This document shows positions 18,707-29,474 of a DNA stretch of 64,000 nt, one piece after another (positions within the stretch are counted from its first letter, which is position 1; the number at the start of each line of letters is the position of its first letter). The notes under the pieces are model-generated. The model worked only from the letters and a program-made list of their open reading frames with translations. It did no database searches and was not told the DNA's origin. The position numbers were made by a program, and so were the translations under genes. This stretch comes from a candidate division FCPU426 bacterium. GTDB lineage: Bacteria; Oederibacteriota; Muellerivitia; Muellerivitales; Muellerivitaceae. The stretch is from assembly GCA_963796105.1 (NCBI GenBank), contig CAWCKJ010000003.1, positions 544,001 to 608,000 on the forward strand. The letters are read 5' to 3'.

Positions 18707-19021
18707 TTAACCCGCGATGATCTTCTCGATTGAAACCTTGCTGAATTTCGGCCGGGAACCCTTGGTTTTCATGGTGTTCTTGCGCCGCTTATACCTGAAG
18801 ACCCGGATTTTCTTGCCCTTGGTCTCCGCGACGATCTTGCCGGTGACCTTTGCCTTCTCGACATCCGCGCGCTTGGCCAAAAGCTGACCACCGTCCATTT
18901 GAAGGCCGACAAGCCTGAATTCCACCGCGTCGCCCGGATTGCCCTTCAACCGGTTGACCTGGATGACATCACCTTCTGATACTCGGTACTGTTTACCGCC
19001 AGCTGCTATCACTGCGTACAT
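18707..19021 (-). CDS. rplU: 50S ribosomal protein L21
   Basis: [17 protein letters not shown]. Confidence 0.97.
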   Translation of the reverse strand: MYAVIAAGGKQYRVSEGDVIQVNRLKGNPGDAVEFRLVGLQMDGGQLLAKRADVEKAKVTGKIVAETKGKKIRVFRYKRRKNTMKTKGSRPKFSKVSIEKIIAG

Positions 19022-19077
19022 GGTTTCTCCCTGGAAAAGTGCTCAAGGCCCGATAAAGGGGGCCCGAAAGAGGTAAA

Positions 19078-19106
19078 AGTCTATTCAGGAGGCCCCACCT
19101 TGTCAA
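19078..19106 (-). promoter_or_regulatory. Sigma70-type promoter of rplU
   Basis: TTGACA-17bp-TAGACT. Confidence 0.7.
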
Positions 19107-19358
19107 GGGCGACTCTATGAGTCGCCACTCGTGGTTTTCACTGCCCTCTTCCGAAGGAAGATGGGTGGCCGGGAATCACGCCCCGGCCAAGTACACGGCT
19201 TGTGCAGATCCTTCAACAAAAACACAAAGAGATCGGCGCGATGCCAACCTCTTTAAACGCTTTTTGGAGGGTTGGCATGTGCAGATCCCCAATAAAAACA
19301 TAATGAGATCGGCACCAAACCAGGCGGTCAAGCTAAAGCGCCCCCTCTTTGGAGAAGC

Positions 19359-20291
19359 TCAATACCAGAATAACAGGCCAAAAAGATAGGAATTGGCTAT
19401 GAAATCGGAACTGATCTGGGAGGGCCTCCAGGCGAATCCCAACTCATACTCGAGCCTGCCGAGGTTGTAGCGCAAGCCAGCTCCCAAGGAAAGTCCCCCC
19501 TGAAGATTGCCCTGCTCGGTGATCCTGTACCCGGCCCGCAGGGCCAGGATGCTCCTGTGCCAGTACTCCACCCCCATGGAAGCCTCGTTCCCCTCGTCGC
19601 GCACGTTCAATCCCTCCACGCTCACCAGCAGGGTGGAGGCGGGAGTAACTATAAGGGGCCTGGATACCCCGATTCGAAAAGTCAAGGGAAGGGGGTCCTG
19701 AGCCTGGGAGTCGGGCTGGTATTGGACCGGCGGCCCAACATTTTGAACGACCGCCGCGAAGTCCGTCCCGAAATACTGGAGTTTGATCCCGACATCGATA
19801 GCCTGGGTGAATGCCGTCTTTTCTCCCAGGGCGGAATAAAGGATCTTGAGAGCCCCGCCCAGGGAAAGTTTCCCGAATTGCTGGGAATCCGCCACCGTCA
19901 AGAGAACGTCATAGGCGTTCACGGGGGCGTCCGTCGCGAGGGTATTTTGAATCGTCGGCATGTGGCGGTAAATCAGCTGGCCGCCGAGATTACCGTATTT
20001 CTGGGTCGGGACCGCAACGCTGAGGGATTCCGTCCCAACCCCCGCGTAACCCTCCATGTGGTCCAATCCCAGGCTGTATTTCGAGACGCGGGCCAACCCC
20101 GCGGGGTTGTATCCGATTACGTACACATCGTCCCCGAACGCCGAATAGGTCCCTCCCAAAGCGGCGGGGCGAACCCCTACGGGAAGAGTCAGCAAATCCG
20201 CTCCGCTGGTTCCGGGATCCAAGGCCCGTCCTAGGGAAGGCTCCCAGAAATAAGCCGTTAGAGCGGTTATCAGGAAAACAAGTTTCAACAT
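19359..20291 (-). CDS. PorV/PorQ-family outer-membrane barrel protein
   Basis: GADLLTLPVGVRPAALGGTYSAFGDD...YNPAGLA motif; LALRAGY; aromatic C-terminus; start placed at MLKLVF. Confidence 0.8.
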   Translation of the reverse strand: MLKLVFLITALTAYFWEPSLGRALDPGTSGADLLTLPVGVRPAALGGTYSAFGDDVYVIGYNPAGLARVSKYSLGLDHMEGYAGVGTESLSVAVPTQKYGNLGGQLIYRHMPTIQNTLATDAPVNAYDVLLTVADSQQFGKLSLGGALKILYSALGEKTAFTQAIDVGIKLQYFGTDFAAVVQNVGPPVQYQPDSQAQDPLPLTFRIGVSRPLIVTPASTLLVSVEGLNVRDEGNEASMGVEYWHRSILALRAGYRITEQGNLQGGLSLGAGLRYNLGRLEYELGFAWRPSQISSDFIANSYLFGLLFWY

Positions 20292-20499
20292 TTTAATCCA
20301 TCTGCCTCTCTTCGGAATTTCGAGAAACCTAGGCGGGCGATGATGAAAAACCGAGCGCAAAAGATTCTCCCTCATTTTTATGGTTTTCCACCAGGCGGAA
20401 ACTTTTATTAAACTGATCGGACGGATTTTCCAACCAGCAGGGCCCGCCATCCCTCTCCCCTGCCCCTTAAAAAGAGATTCTTTTAAGAACCATCAGGTT

Positions 20500-22035
20500 T
20501 TACAGTTTCACTTTTAATCCGCACTTGAATACCGCCCCCAAAATCATATCCGGGTCTGGCCAGGAATAGGGCTTTTGGCCGAGATTTTCTCCCGCCAGGG
20601 AAATTCCCAACTCCCGGGACCACTGGTATTCAACTCCGGCCGAGCAAAGAAACCCAACATTTTGTATTTCCCGGCCCTCGAACCAGAATTTAGTTTTTTG
20701 AAAGGTCTCGATGACAAACCGCAAACTCGAGTCGAAAAACCAGAAACTGGACGGGCTTTGTAATTCCTTGATTTCAAACTCCACCCGCGACCGGTTTAAA
20801 ACCCTGTAAAAAAGCCCTGAGGGATCCCATTCCGCCGAAAAGGAACCGCCTGGGTATTCCTGGGACCCCAAACACTGGAGGATATATTGGAACGTGGTGC
20901 TCCAGTCGGATTTTTCCTGGACGCGGATTCCCAAATCGGTTTGTTGAATCAAGGTTGAATCAGTCGGCGCCTCGTTCCGTGAATAATCCCCGATGAAAGT
21001 AAAGGATCCCTGGGTCTTCCGGGCCCCCAGGACGGCGCTGAATTGGGAAGGGGCGGAATCCGGGAAATCAAGCCGGAAGGCTAGGTCCAGGTTGGCCATC
21101 CCGAGAGCGTCGACGAATTCCGTGTTCTGGATGAAGCCGCTCGCCCGGGCTGGGCCTTGGGCTCCGTGGGCGGGTGAATCCAGGAACCCTCCCATGCCGA
21201 TTTGGCTCTCGAAGAGTCCCCCGGCGTTAAAATGATACCTCAGGAAGCCTCCTCCCTCCTGAAGGGTCTCATCCCCCAGCTTAGCCGCCTGGACAAAGGG
21301 CTTCAATTGAAGCGATTGGAAATCCGCGGTTTTTAAAACCCAGTCGCTGGAGAAAAGGTACCAATAGTCCTTTGAGGATGTTTGGGTTCCAAGGAATCCA
21401 CTTTGCAGGACGCTTGAGCCGTCGTCGAGCCATTGGCGCTTGGAAACAACGGTAAAACTTCCCTTGTCTGAAAAATCGGAGTTCAGGGACGCGTCCCGGA
21501 CCGAGGCGTCGAGGTAAAAATCCGGTTGATGATCATGAAGCCATCCGCCTCCCGAGGGGCCGGAACCTCCCCAGGCGGAAGCCGAAGTTTCATCCGCCGC
21601 GGGGGAAAGAGGGGCCTGGATCTGCAGAAGGCCCGCTCCTGTGTTTTTTCCCCACCAGGCCGCCGCAGGGAAATTCAGCCACTCGGCTGTTCCGGCCGTT
21701 GGCATGCCGTTCAGCAGATCCATCGAGGCGAAGGGGCAGGGAATGTCCTCGAAGGCCTGGCCCGGGGCGTAGTTTTGAAGGCCCCCGGGACCAAGGCTTA
21801 TGCCGTGAGTCCATCCCGCGTGACTCGAGAGGGTTCCCCCGAGGGTATTCCAGGAAGGTTCAGTATTGAGAAGGGAGATGTCATGCGCAATATCATCCAA
21901 GTAATCGGAGGAGCCTGGGACAAGGCAGACCCGCCCCTGATCAAAAGGGCGTCCCAGATCCTCCTCCACCTGGGCGAAAGAGAATGGAGGCGCTAGGAGA
22001 GGGATAAGAAGAGAGATCCATCGAAGGGCTTTCAA
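20500..22035 (-). CDS. Putative outer-membrane barrel, distantly TonB-dependent-receptor-like
   Basis: Signal peptide; AAWWG..AGLLQI plug-like segment; AGENL...GLKVKL terminal strand. Confidence 0.45.
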   Translation of the reverse strand: MKALRWISLLIPLLAPPFSFAQVEEDLGRPFDQGRVCLVPGSSDYLDDIAHDISLLNTEPSWNTLGGTLSSHAGWTHGISLGPGGLQNYAPGQAFEDIPCPFASMDLLNGMPTAGTAEWLNFPAAAWWGKNTGAGLLQIQAPLSPAADETSASAWGGSGPSGGGWLHDHQPDFYLDASVRDASLNSDFSDKGSFTVVSKRQWLDDGSSVLQSGFLGTQTSSKDYWYLFSSDWVLKTADFQSLQLKPFVQAAKLGDETLQEGGGFLRYHFNAGGLFESQIGMGGFLDSPAHGAQGPARASGFIQNTEFVDALGMANLDLAFRLDFPDSAPSQFSAVLGARKTQGSFTFIGDYSRNEAPTDSTLIQQTDLGIRVQEKSDWSTTFQYILQCLGSQEYPGGSFSAEWDPSGLFYRVLNRSRVEFEIKELQSPSSFWFFDSSLRFVIETFQKTKFWFEGREIQNVGFLCSAGVEYQWSRELGISLAGENLGQKPYSWPDPDMILGAVFKCGLKVKL

Positions 22036-22129
22036 TCAGGCTTCCTATGAAACAGATATTAAAAGGATTGGGAGGGCCCGGCTCCCTCCGGCGAATATCC
22101 AACGATGGGAAAAAATCCCGGATACAAAG

Positions 22130-22206
<77 letters not shown>

Positions 22207-22237
22207 TTAAATACGATCCTGCCTGCCCAATAATAAC

Positions 22238-24100
22238 TCAATTTCGGCTCAATTTCTCGATCGACTGCAGCTTCACCATTGCTTTCGCTATGTTATTCTT
22301 GGCGCTGATATATTCCGGGTCTTCTTTCAGGCATTCCTTCCATGTCGCGATAGCCTCATGAATCTTGCCGTTGATGTAGAGGTTGACCCCATCATAATAA
22401 AGGGATTTGACTTTTTCCGCGTCGACCTTTTGCTGGGACTGCTGGCCCGTCATGCGCTTGACATAGTCGTTGGCTTTGCTGTTGTTGGGATCGATCGCCA
22501 AAACCTGTTGGAATTTCTCCTGCGCCTGGTTTTTGCTCCCGGAACCCTCGAGGGAAACACCCTCCTCCATCAAGCCGTTGACCTTATTGCGGATCTCCTT
22601 CCGGACCAGGAACAGGGTCTCGAGGGCCTTTGGACTGGAAGGGTCGATCTTGGATGCTACTTGGAGTGATTTCAAGGCGCTCTGCAATTGCCCTGCGTTA
22701 TAGCTCTTGAGACCCTGGCTGTAATACTTGTCAAACTCGGACTTTTGTTCCTTTTTCACGCTTTTCAAGCGCTCCTTGACGGCATGGTTCTTGGAGCTGA
22801 TCTTGGCTGCCTTGGAGTATTTTTGAATGGCCCCGGAATAGTCTTGTCCTTGGTGCAGCTCATCCCCTTCCTCCAGGAGCACCCGGATCTGATCCTGGGA
22901 CTTGGATTTGACCTTGCGGACAGCCTCGAGAGCTTTCTCGTTCTCGGGATCCATGACCAGGACCGTGTTCCACTCCGAAAGGGCCTTCAGGTTGTTGCCC
23001 TTTTGAAGATAGGCCTTCCCCGCTGCCAAATGTTTCTGGACCTCGGTCTGAAGCTTGGCGCGGGCGTCCGCGATGTAGTCCTGGGCCTGCTTGTTATCCG
23101 GCTGGAACTTGAGGACCGCCTGGCATTCCGCGATAGCCTCGGTGTACTGGTTGTTCACCAGGTCGTTCGTGGCGTTGGACATGTGGGCGTTATTGGCCGC
23201 GTCGATGGCGTTGCCCCTGCCGACGGAGGCGTCCGAGTCCTTCGGGTTGATCTTGAAGGCCTCCCCGAAAGCCTCGGCGGCCTTGTCGTACTCGCTGTTA
23301 TCGTAATAGGCGACCGCCTGATTGTAATAAGTCTCCGAGTCGTCCGGATTGGCCTTCTCCGATTTCTCATAGCAATCGATGGCCTCGGGGAATTTACCCA
23401 GGTTGTAATAGGAAAAACCGAGGAATTTATAGACCCTCGCGTCTTTTTTAATCCCCAGGGCCGAGCGCCATGCCGATACCGCCTTGGGGTAATCCTTCAT
23501 CTGGAAATAAGCCACCCCGAGATTTTGGAACGCGTCGAAATTCCTCGGGTCGGCCGAGGTCACCTTCCTGAGGGATTCCACCACCTGCGGGTATTTTTTC
23601 TGGTCCATGTAAATTTTGGACAAGTCCCCGTTGGCGTTCACCTGGACTTCCTTGACCTTTGGGAAAGCCGCAGAATAATTCTTCAGGGCGTTCTCCGCGT
23701 TGTCGTATTGGTTCAGCTGGATATAGGCCTTTCCCAGCAGCAGGTTGGCATTCGGATTGGCGAGATTGAGCTTCAGCACGGCGCTCAGGTGGTTGACCGC
23801 GTCGGCGTATTTTTTGTCGAAATAGGCGGAGATGCCCTCGGAGCTCTCGAGAAGCTCTTTGGCCTGCTGGTCTTTCGGGTTGAGCTGAAGGTACTTCTGG
23901 AACTCCGGGATCGCCTGCGCAAATTGCGAGGTCTTGAAGAAAGCAACGCCCAAATTGTAATGGGAGGTCGCGGAGTTCGGGTTCGCCTTGACCGCATTGA
24001 GGTAAGCCTGGATATTGGCGTCATCCTGCGCCGCCAGGGCCAACCCGGTCAAGAATGCCGTCACCCATAAAAAAAGCCCGACGAGGGCAGAAATTTTCAT
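22238..24100 (-). CDS. Exported multi-TPR protein
   Basis: Signal peptide MKISALVGLF...ALA; TPR repeats over the full length. Confidence 0.85.
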   Translation of the reverse strand: MKISALVGLFLWVTAFLTGLALAAQDDANIQAYLNAVKANPNSATSHYNLGVAFFKTSQFAQAIPEFQKYLQLNPKDQQAKELLESSEGISAYFDKKYADAVNHLSAVLKLNLANPNANLLLGKAYIQLNQYDNAENALKNYSAAFPKVKEVQVNANGDLSKIYMDQKKYPQVVESLRKVTSADPRNFDAFQNLGVAYFQMKDYPKAVSAWRSALGIKKDARVYKFLGFSYYNLGKFPEAIDCYEKSEKANPDDSETYYNQAVAYYDNSEYDKAAEAFGEAFKINPKDSDASVGRGNAIDAANNAHMSNATNDLVNNQYTEAIAECQAVLKFQPDNKQAQDYIADARAKLQTEVQKHLAAGKAYLQKGNNLKALSEWNTVLVMDPENEKALEAVRKVKSKSQDQIRVLLEEGDELHQGQDYSGAIQKYSKAAKISSKNHAVKERLKSVKKEQKSEFDKYYSQGLKSYNAGQLQSALKSLQVASKIDPSSPKALETLFLVRKEIRNKVNGLMEEGVSLEGSGSKNQAQEKFQQVLAIDPNNSKANDYVKRMTGQQSQQKVDAEKVKSLYYDGVNLYINGKIHEAIATWKECLKEDPEYISAKNNIAKAMVKLQSIEKLSRN

Positions 24101-24122
24101 TAGTTCCTCGAAAAAGGAAAAA

Positions 24123-25337
24123 TCAAAGTCCGTTGCTGGCCACGTCCAGGACCAACAGCTCATCCACCTTTTTCCCGTTCCTCTCGACCTGGCGGCAGCG
24201 GATCATGGTTCCATCGGTGGACCAAGCGAGTTCGGCAGTATAGTCAAGCTGCTGAATTGTTTTCAACCAGGTTTTGTTCGTCCCGTTGGAATTGATCAGC
24301 CAAACCTTGCCCTCGTAGACATAGGCGATCTTGTTCCCCGCGGGATGATAGACTGGGTGAAGCCCCAAGGAATTGCTCCGGGTGAAAAAGAGGGTTTGGG
24401 AGTTCATTTTATTGATGCCGGTTTTCTCCAGTTTCCTCAAACCGCGTACCGTCTGGCGGTAGACCAGTTCCTGGTTGTCCTGGGACCAGTTTGGTAAATC
24501 CGCCCCGAATGTTTGTGGAATCAGGGTGAAGCTGACTTTTCCCATCTTCTTCTCGTTTATTTTTCCCAGGTAGAGATACTTGACCCGGCTGGGGGTGATT
24601 CGGTGGGAGACAATCAGATTCCGGTCGGGCGATAAAACACCGGCCGGATCGGGGGGCGAATCCGGCGGGAAATCCCCCTCATAACTCTTATTGAAAGGAA
24701 TCTCGTTCTTAAGCATAATGAGGACCGCGTCATCCGCCCCGATGTTGAGGGCCCGGCGTGCGCGGTCCATGAGGGATTCCACCTTCGCCCGGCGGTCGGG
24801 GGAAATCATGGCGGAGGGATATGACTGAAAAATCGCCTGGGCCTGGTCCTGGGCGCCCTTGTAATTCTTCTGGGTGTAATAAGCCGTGGCTGATTGATAC
24901 TGGGCATCCACCAAAAACTCGATCGCGTCGTGGATGCGCGCGTTGTCCAGGTAGAGCTTCAAGGCCTTTTGATAGTATTCGGATGTTTTATCCGGGTTCT
25001 TCAATTTATCCCGGTAAAGCCCTGCCGTGTCCAGCAACGCGTGAAGCGCCTCGTCGGAATCGGGATAATCGGAGATGACTTTCTCGTACTCATCCAGGGC
25101 GATATCGTACTCGGAAAGGGCCTCGAAGTTCTTCGCGATCCGGTAATGGATATGGGCAGCCAACTCCGTGGCGGAATGGGCTTTCAAATAATCCTTGTAG
25201 GCCTGGATGGCCTGCCGGCTCATTCCGGAACGGTCCATCTGGGAGGCGTTCTCATAGGAACCGCCGAAAGATCCGCACCCCGCCCCGCCCAAAGAGATGA
25301 TTATGACGAGCAGGAAAAAAAGTTTAAGTTTGGACAA
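24123..25337 (-). CDS. Lipoprotein with N-terminal TPRs and C-terminal TolB/PD40-like beta-propeller
   Basis: Lipobox-like GAGC; TPR/BamD-like helices; LSPDR, PNWSQD, PVYHPAG, AWSTDG repeats. Confidence 0.75.
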   Translation of the reverse strand: MSKLKLFFLLVIIISLGGAGCGSFGGSYENASQMDRSGMSRQAIQAYKDYLKAHSATELAAHIHYRIAKNFEALSEYDIALDEYEKVISDYPDSDEALHALLDTAGLYRDKLKNPDKTSEYYQKALKLYLDNARIHDAIEFLVDAQYQSATAYYTQKNYKGAQDQAQAIFQSYPSAMISPDRRAKVESLMDRARRALNIGADDAVLIMLKNEIPFNKSYEGDFPPDSPPDPAGVLSPDRNLIVSHRITPSRVKYLYLGKINEKKMGKVSFTLIPQTFGADLPNWSQDNQELVYRQTVRGLRKLEKTGINKMNSQTLFFTRSNSLGLHPVYHPAGNKIAYVYEGKVWLINSNGTNKTWLKTIQQLDYTAELAWSTDGTMIRCRQVERNGKKVDELLVLDVASNGL

Positions 25338-25353
25338 TTTCAGGCCTTTCCGC

Positions 25354-27105
25354 TTATTTGGTGATGAGGACGATATCCACGCGCCGGTTCTTGAAAGCCG
25401 TCCATCCCAGGCCGGAGGCGTCCAACGGCGCCGAATCCCCGTGCCCCCGGGAGTAAAGATTATCGGGCGAAATCCCGCCCTTTTCCACCAGATATCTCAG
25501 GACCGTATCGGCCCGGTTCTGCGAGATCTGGAGAGCCTCGGTTTCCGATCCTTCAGCATAGGCGTGGCCCTCGATATAAACTTTCGAATTCGGGTATTTG
25601 CGGATCAGTTTGACCACCTGGCTCAGGTAATCCACCCCTCCGGGGATCAAGCGGGCGCTTTTCTCCGCGAAAGGAAGGCTCGGGACCCTCAATACGCCCG
25701 GGGACCCCTCGGGCCTGAGGCCTGCGGGCAGGCTCGGCGCGGGATATTCCCGGGCCGGGGCCGAAGCGACGGGAACCTCTGGAACGGAGGCTTCCTGGAC
25801 TTGGACATGGGCTGATTTGAAAATGGACTCGCTGGCCACCATGCGCCGGCCCTGGTTGTCCTCCGTGCGGAAATGGTAATCGGCGTAAATCCCTCCCGCC
25901 ACAGTTTTTCCGAAATTATCCTTCCCGTCCCAGGCGATCTGTTTGGGGGGAACGCCCTTGCCGCTGTAGGAACGGATGATATTGCCTCTAGGATCGGTGA
26001 TATCCAGGGTCCAATTCTTGATATCGGTCCTGGCCGTGGCCTTCAATTCGAAGGTCGCCTGCTTCAAAGACCCAGTCTTGATGTCCTCGAACTGGGGTTG
26101 AACCTCCAATGGCTGCTCCGGTTTCACGGCGAAGGAACTTTCCTGGGGCTCGGTTCCAAATCTATAAGTTATGGAAAATCTTTGGGTTTCACCCAGTATT
26201 CCGTAGGGGACGTAGGCGTAATCGATCTCAAACCCGGAGTATCTCAAGCCCGCCCCAAAGGAAGCGCCTGTTAATCCGCCCAGGTCCTGGCTGAAAGAGT
26301 TAAAACTATACCCCGCCCGGATCGCGCCTGAGAGGGTCTTGGAACCCATCCAGATCTCGCCGCCGGTGTGAAGAATGGTGCTGTTGTCCTCGGGTTTTTC
26401 CAAATCCGCCGCGATCAAGAAATGCGTCGGTTTTTCCGGTTGGAACCGGTAAGCCAAGCCAGCCCGGAAATCCAGGGGAAGCTTCTGCTGGGAGTTGTTC
26501 TGGGAGAAGGCGGTCATTTGACCCAAGTTTTGCATGGATAAACCAAGCGTCCAGTCCCTGGAGGTGGTGTAAAGAAGTGCGCCCGCGTCCAGGGCCTCGC
26601 CGGAAGCGCTAGAAGTCACCAAACTGCTGTTGATGTACTTGGCGCCGATGCCGAGTGATAAATGGTTCCCAAAAGACTGCCCATAGCCGATGGCGACCGC
26701 CACGTCATTGGCGCTTCCGGGAGTCGCAGAGGGGTTATTGGTGGAATTAAAAGAGGGGACGAAATCCAGGAAAGCGCTCATTCCCAGGACGCTCCCCTGC
26801 CTCACCGGAAGGGCCAAGCCCGCAAACTCGTAATCGGTGCCTTGAAAATATGAGGTATGAAGCAGGTTGATCTCAGGATATTCCAACTGGGCCAGGCCAG
26901 CCGTGTTCCAGTAGGTCGTGCTGATGTCGTCGGCGACGGCCGTGAAAGCACCTCCCATGCCGGCCCCGCGGATTCCAGCGGGAATTTGTAGGAACTGGGA
27001 GCTGGACGTGCCGATGCTGTCCGGATGGGAGGGAATCGGAATTAGAAAGACGAAAAGGGCGAAACCGGCTAAAAACCTCTTATTTGATTGGGCTTTACGC
27101 AACAT
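25354..27105 (-). CDS. PorV-family barrel fused to FlgD-like Ig and OmpA_C peptidoglycan-binding domains
   Basis: FLQIPAGIRGAGMGGAFTAVADD..YWNTAGLA; WTLDI..WDGKD..GIY; IEGHA..SQNRADTV..NRRVDI. Confidence 0.8.
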   Translation of the reverse strand: MLRKAQSNKRFLAGFALFVFLIPIPSHPDSIGTSSSQFLQIPAGIRGAGMGGAFTAVADDISTTYWNTAGLAQLEYPEINLLHTSYFQGTDYEFAGLALPVRQGSVLGMSAFLDFVPSFNSTNNPSATPGSANDVAVAIGYGQSFGNHLSLGIGAKYINSSLVTSSASGEALDAGALLYTTSRDWTLGLSMQNLGQMTAFSQNNSQQKLPLDFRAGLAYRFQPEKPTHFLIAADLEKPEDNSTILHTGGEIWMGSKTLSGAIRAGYSFNSFSQDLGGLTGASFGAGLRYSGFEIDYAYVPYGILGETQRFSITYRFGTEPQESSFAVKPEQPLEVQPQFEDIKTGSLKQATFELKATARTDIKNWTLDITDPRGNIIRSYSGKGVPPKQIAWDGKDNFGKTVAGGIYADYHFRTEDNQGRRMVASESIFKSAHVQVQEASVPEVPVASAPAREYPAPSLPAGLRPEGSPGVLRVPSLPFAEKSARLIPGGVDYLSQVVKLIRKYPNSKVYIEGHAYAEGSETEALQISQNRADTVLRYLVEKGGISPDNLYSRGHGDSAPLDASGLGWTAFKNRRVDIVLITK

Positions 27106-27383
27106 GGGGCCTTTGCTTGAACGAAGAAGGTTTTTTCAATTATATCATGGCAAATCCTTATCCTGTCAAAACAAACAATCCATGGGTTTCACAGGACCAA
27201 AGCCTCAAAGAGATCATGGCCGGGCATTTCTTCTTTTATAAATACAAAGTCCCTCCCTAAGTGCCCGCAAAAAAACATGACAGGCTTCGCTTGGGGCCGT
27301 TGTAGAAGGGAAATTGCTTGATATAATGCGTGGTCTTTCAAGCCGGTTCGCTGGCACCCAACAACTTTCGGAGGCCTTATTTT

Positions 27384-28838
27384 ATGATGCGTCAATTGAG
27401 GGATAAAAAAACGATGCAGGTGATTTTATGGCTTCTCATCGCCGCTTTCGTCATCGGATTTCTCTTTCTGGCTGGCGGGAGATGGATGATGAAGGATGAC
27501 ACCCGGAACCTGGTCGCCCAAGTGGGCGAAAGAAACATCACTTACGCGGAGTTCGACCAGGCCTACAAACCGGCCTCGGAAAGGCTTTACAGCGCCAAGG
27601 AAGCGGAGCCTTCCTCCGGGGAAGTCGCCGCCCTCAAGAAACAAGTCCTGGAGCGCCTGATCGACAACGCCATCCTGGAAAAGACCGCCAAGGACATGGG
27701 AATCAATGTGTCCATCGAAGAAATCGCGGCGAGCATCCAACGGCAGCCCTATTTCACCGGCGATGACGGCAAGTTCGACCGCAACCGCTATATGAAGGTG
27801 CTTCAAGACAACCAGCTGACCCCGGATGAGTTCGAGGCAGCCCAGGGCCAGCAGATCCTCCTGCAGAAAATCCACGCCATCCTCGATGACAGCATGCTTT
27901 ACACCTCTGACGACTTGGCCGAGTACGGGAACTTGTTGAACCGGCAGCTCAAGGCCAGCTATGTCGTATTGGCCGAGAAGAATTTCGAGAAAGACATCCC
28001 CATGAAGGATGGGGATCTCGAAGAATATTACGAGAACCACCGCAACGAGTACGACCATCCGGAACGCGCGAAAGTCCGCCACATCCTGCTGGCTTTGCAG
28101 GGCGGTTCCCCCCTGGACGAGGAAAAAATAAAGAAGGATCTCGATGGGTACCGGGACCAGATCCTGAAAGGAAAGGCCACGTTCGGCGAGCTCGCGGCGA
28201 AATACTCCCAGGACAGCGGCTCGAAAAACAAAGGTGGAGAGCTGGGTTGGGTTCCCCGCGGGGCGGCCATCAAGGAATTCGAGGACGCCGTCTTCAACTT
28301 GAAGAAAGGCGAAATCACGAAGCCTTTCAAGACGCCCTACGGCTACCACATCGCCCAGCTGGAGGATTACGAGAAGGAGTACAAGAGCACTTTCGCGGAT
28401 ATGCGCAAGAAAATCGCCGATTCCTATAGAAGGGAAAAGACGATGCAGAAAATGCTCTCGGTATCCGAGAAACTAACCGACAAGCTTAACGCGAACGAGA
28501 GCGTCGAGAAAGCCGGCCGGGAAATGGGCCTTCCGGCGCAGACTTCGGCCTGGTTTGACCGCAGTTCCGGAATCCCGAAAATCAAGGACTCCAAAAACGC
28601 GGCCGACTCCCTGGCGAGCCTGTACTTGAACCAGTGGAAAGGCCCCTTGGCTATCGGAACCGACGAGTACTTTTTCCAGGTCGTGGACATCAAGCCGAGC
28701 GGCAAGACCGCCGTCCAAAGCGCGGGGGACCTTTCAGACATCGCCAAGCATTACCTGTCGGACCGGGAATCGGCTTGGATCAAGGATTTCCTGGAATCCC
28801 AGCGCAAAAGCCTGAAGGTTAGGACTTTTAACCTTTAA
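27384..28838 (+). CDS. PpiD/SurA-type membrane-anchored peptidyl-prolyl isomerase
   Basis: N-terminal TM, SurA_N-like region, parvulin motifs VRHIL, SQDSGSKNKGGELGW, TPYGYHI. Confidence 0.85.
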   Translation: MMRQLRDKKTMQVILWLLIAAFVIGFLFLAGGRWMMKDDTRNLVAQVGERNITYAEFDQAYKPASERLYSAKEAEPSSGEVAALKKQVLERLIDNAILEKTAKDMGINVSIEEIAASIQRQPYFTGDDGKFDRNRYMKVLQDNQLTPDEFEAAQGQQILLQKIHAILDDSMLYTSDDLAEYGNLLNRQLKASYVVLAEKNFEKDIPMKDGDLEEYYENHRNEYDHPERAKVRHILLALQGGSPLDEEKIKKDLDGYRDQILKGKATFGELAAKYSQDSGSKNKGGELGWVPRGAAIKEFEDAVFNLKKGEITKPFKTPYGYHIAQLEDYEKEYKSTFADMRKKIADSYRREKTMQKMLSVSEKLTDKLNANESVEKAGREMGLPAQTSAWFDRSSGIPKIKDSKNAADSLASLYLNQWKGPLAIGTDEYFFQVVDIKPSGKTAVQSAGDLSDIAKHYLSDRESAWIKDFLESQRKSLKVRTFNL

Positions 28839-29448
28839 GTTTGAACTTAGTCTGCCGGTTTAATTCGGCCAGAAGCCATTCGACCGGCAGGCCCATCACG
28901 TTGAAATAGTCCCCTTGAAGCTCCCTCAGCCACAGGCGCGCGGTTCCCTGGATATCGTAAGCGCCTGCCTTGTCATAGGGCTCCCGGGATTGGATGTATT
29001 TCACGGCCGCTCGTGGGTCCGGTCTAAGAAAAGCCACTCTTGTGGCCTCAACATGGGTTCTCTGAATTTTTCCGCCCTTCCCCACCAAGGCGATTCCCGT
29101 GACCACCTGATGGGACCTTCCCCAGAGCCGTCCCAGCATGAGAGCCGCCTCTTCGCGGTTTTTCGGTTTGCCGAACCTTTTCCCGCCGTCCACCACGACC
29201 GTATCCGCGCCCAGAACCCACCTTTCCGGGAAGCGGATGGATATCGAGAGGGCTTTTTCCATGGCGAGCCTCCCGGCCAAATGCCCCGGGCTTTCACCGG
29301 GGCGGGGTTCCTCATGGACCCCAACAGGAAAAACAGTTTGAAAGGGCACGCCCAAAAATTTCAATATTTTCTTCCGCCGGGGGGAACGGGATGCCAGAAG
29401 AATCGGGATGGAGAGGGTGTTCCGGGTCATGTGAATTGGAATCGTCAT
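28828..29448 (-). CDS. maf: Maf-family nucleotide pyrophosphatase
   Basis: LASRSPRR, GADTVV, DKAGAY, NVMGLP. Confidence 0.93.
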   Translation of the reverse strand: MTIPIHMTRNTLSIPILLASRSPRRKKILKFLGVPFQTVFPVGVHEEPRPGESPGHLAGRLAMEKALSISIRFPERWVLGADTVVVDGGKRFGKPKNREEAALMLGRLWGRSHQVVTGIALVGKGGKIQRTHVEATRVAFLRPDPRAAVKYIQSREPYDKAGAYDIQGTARLWLRELQGDYFNVMGLPVEWLLAELNRQTKFKLKG

Positions 29449-29474
29449 CTTTCTTTATACTGACTGGGCATTCA

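Noticed and set aside
22688..24070. Long plus-strand ORFs opposite real genes (also 34537..35769, 30469..31506, 2967..3896, 42113..43030)
   Set aside because: Antisense shadows of GC-rich coding sequence with no recognisable motifs
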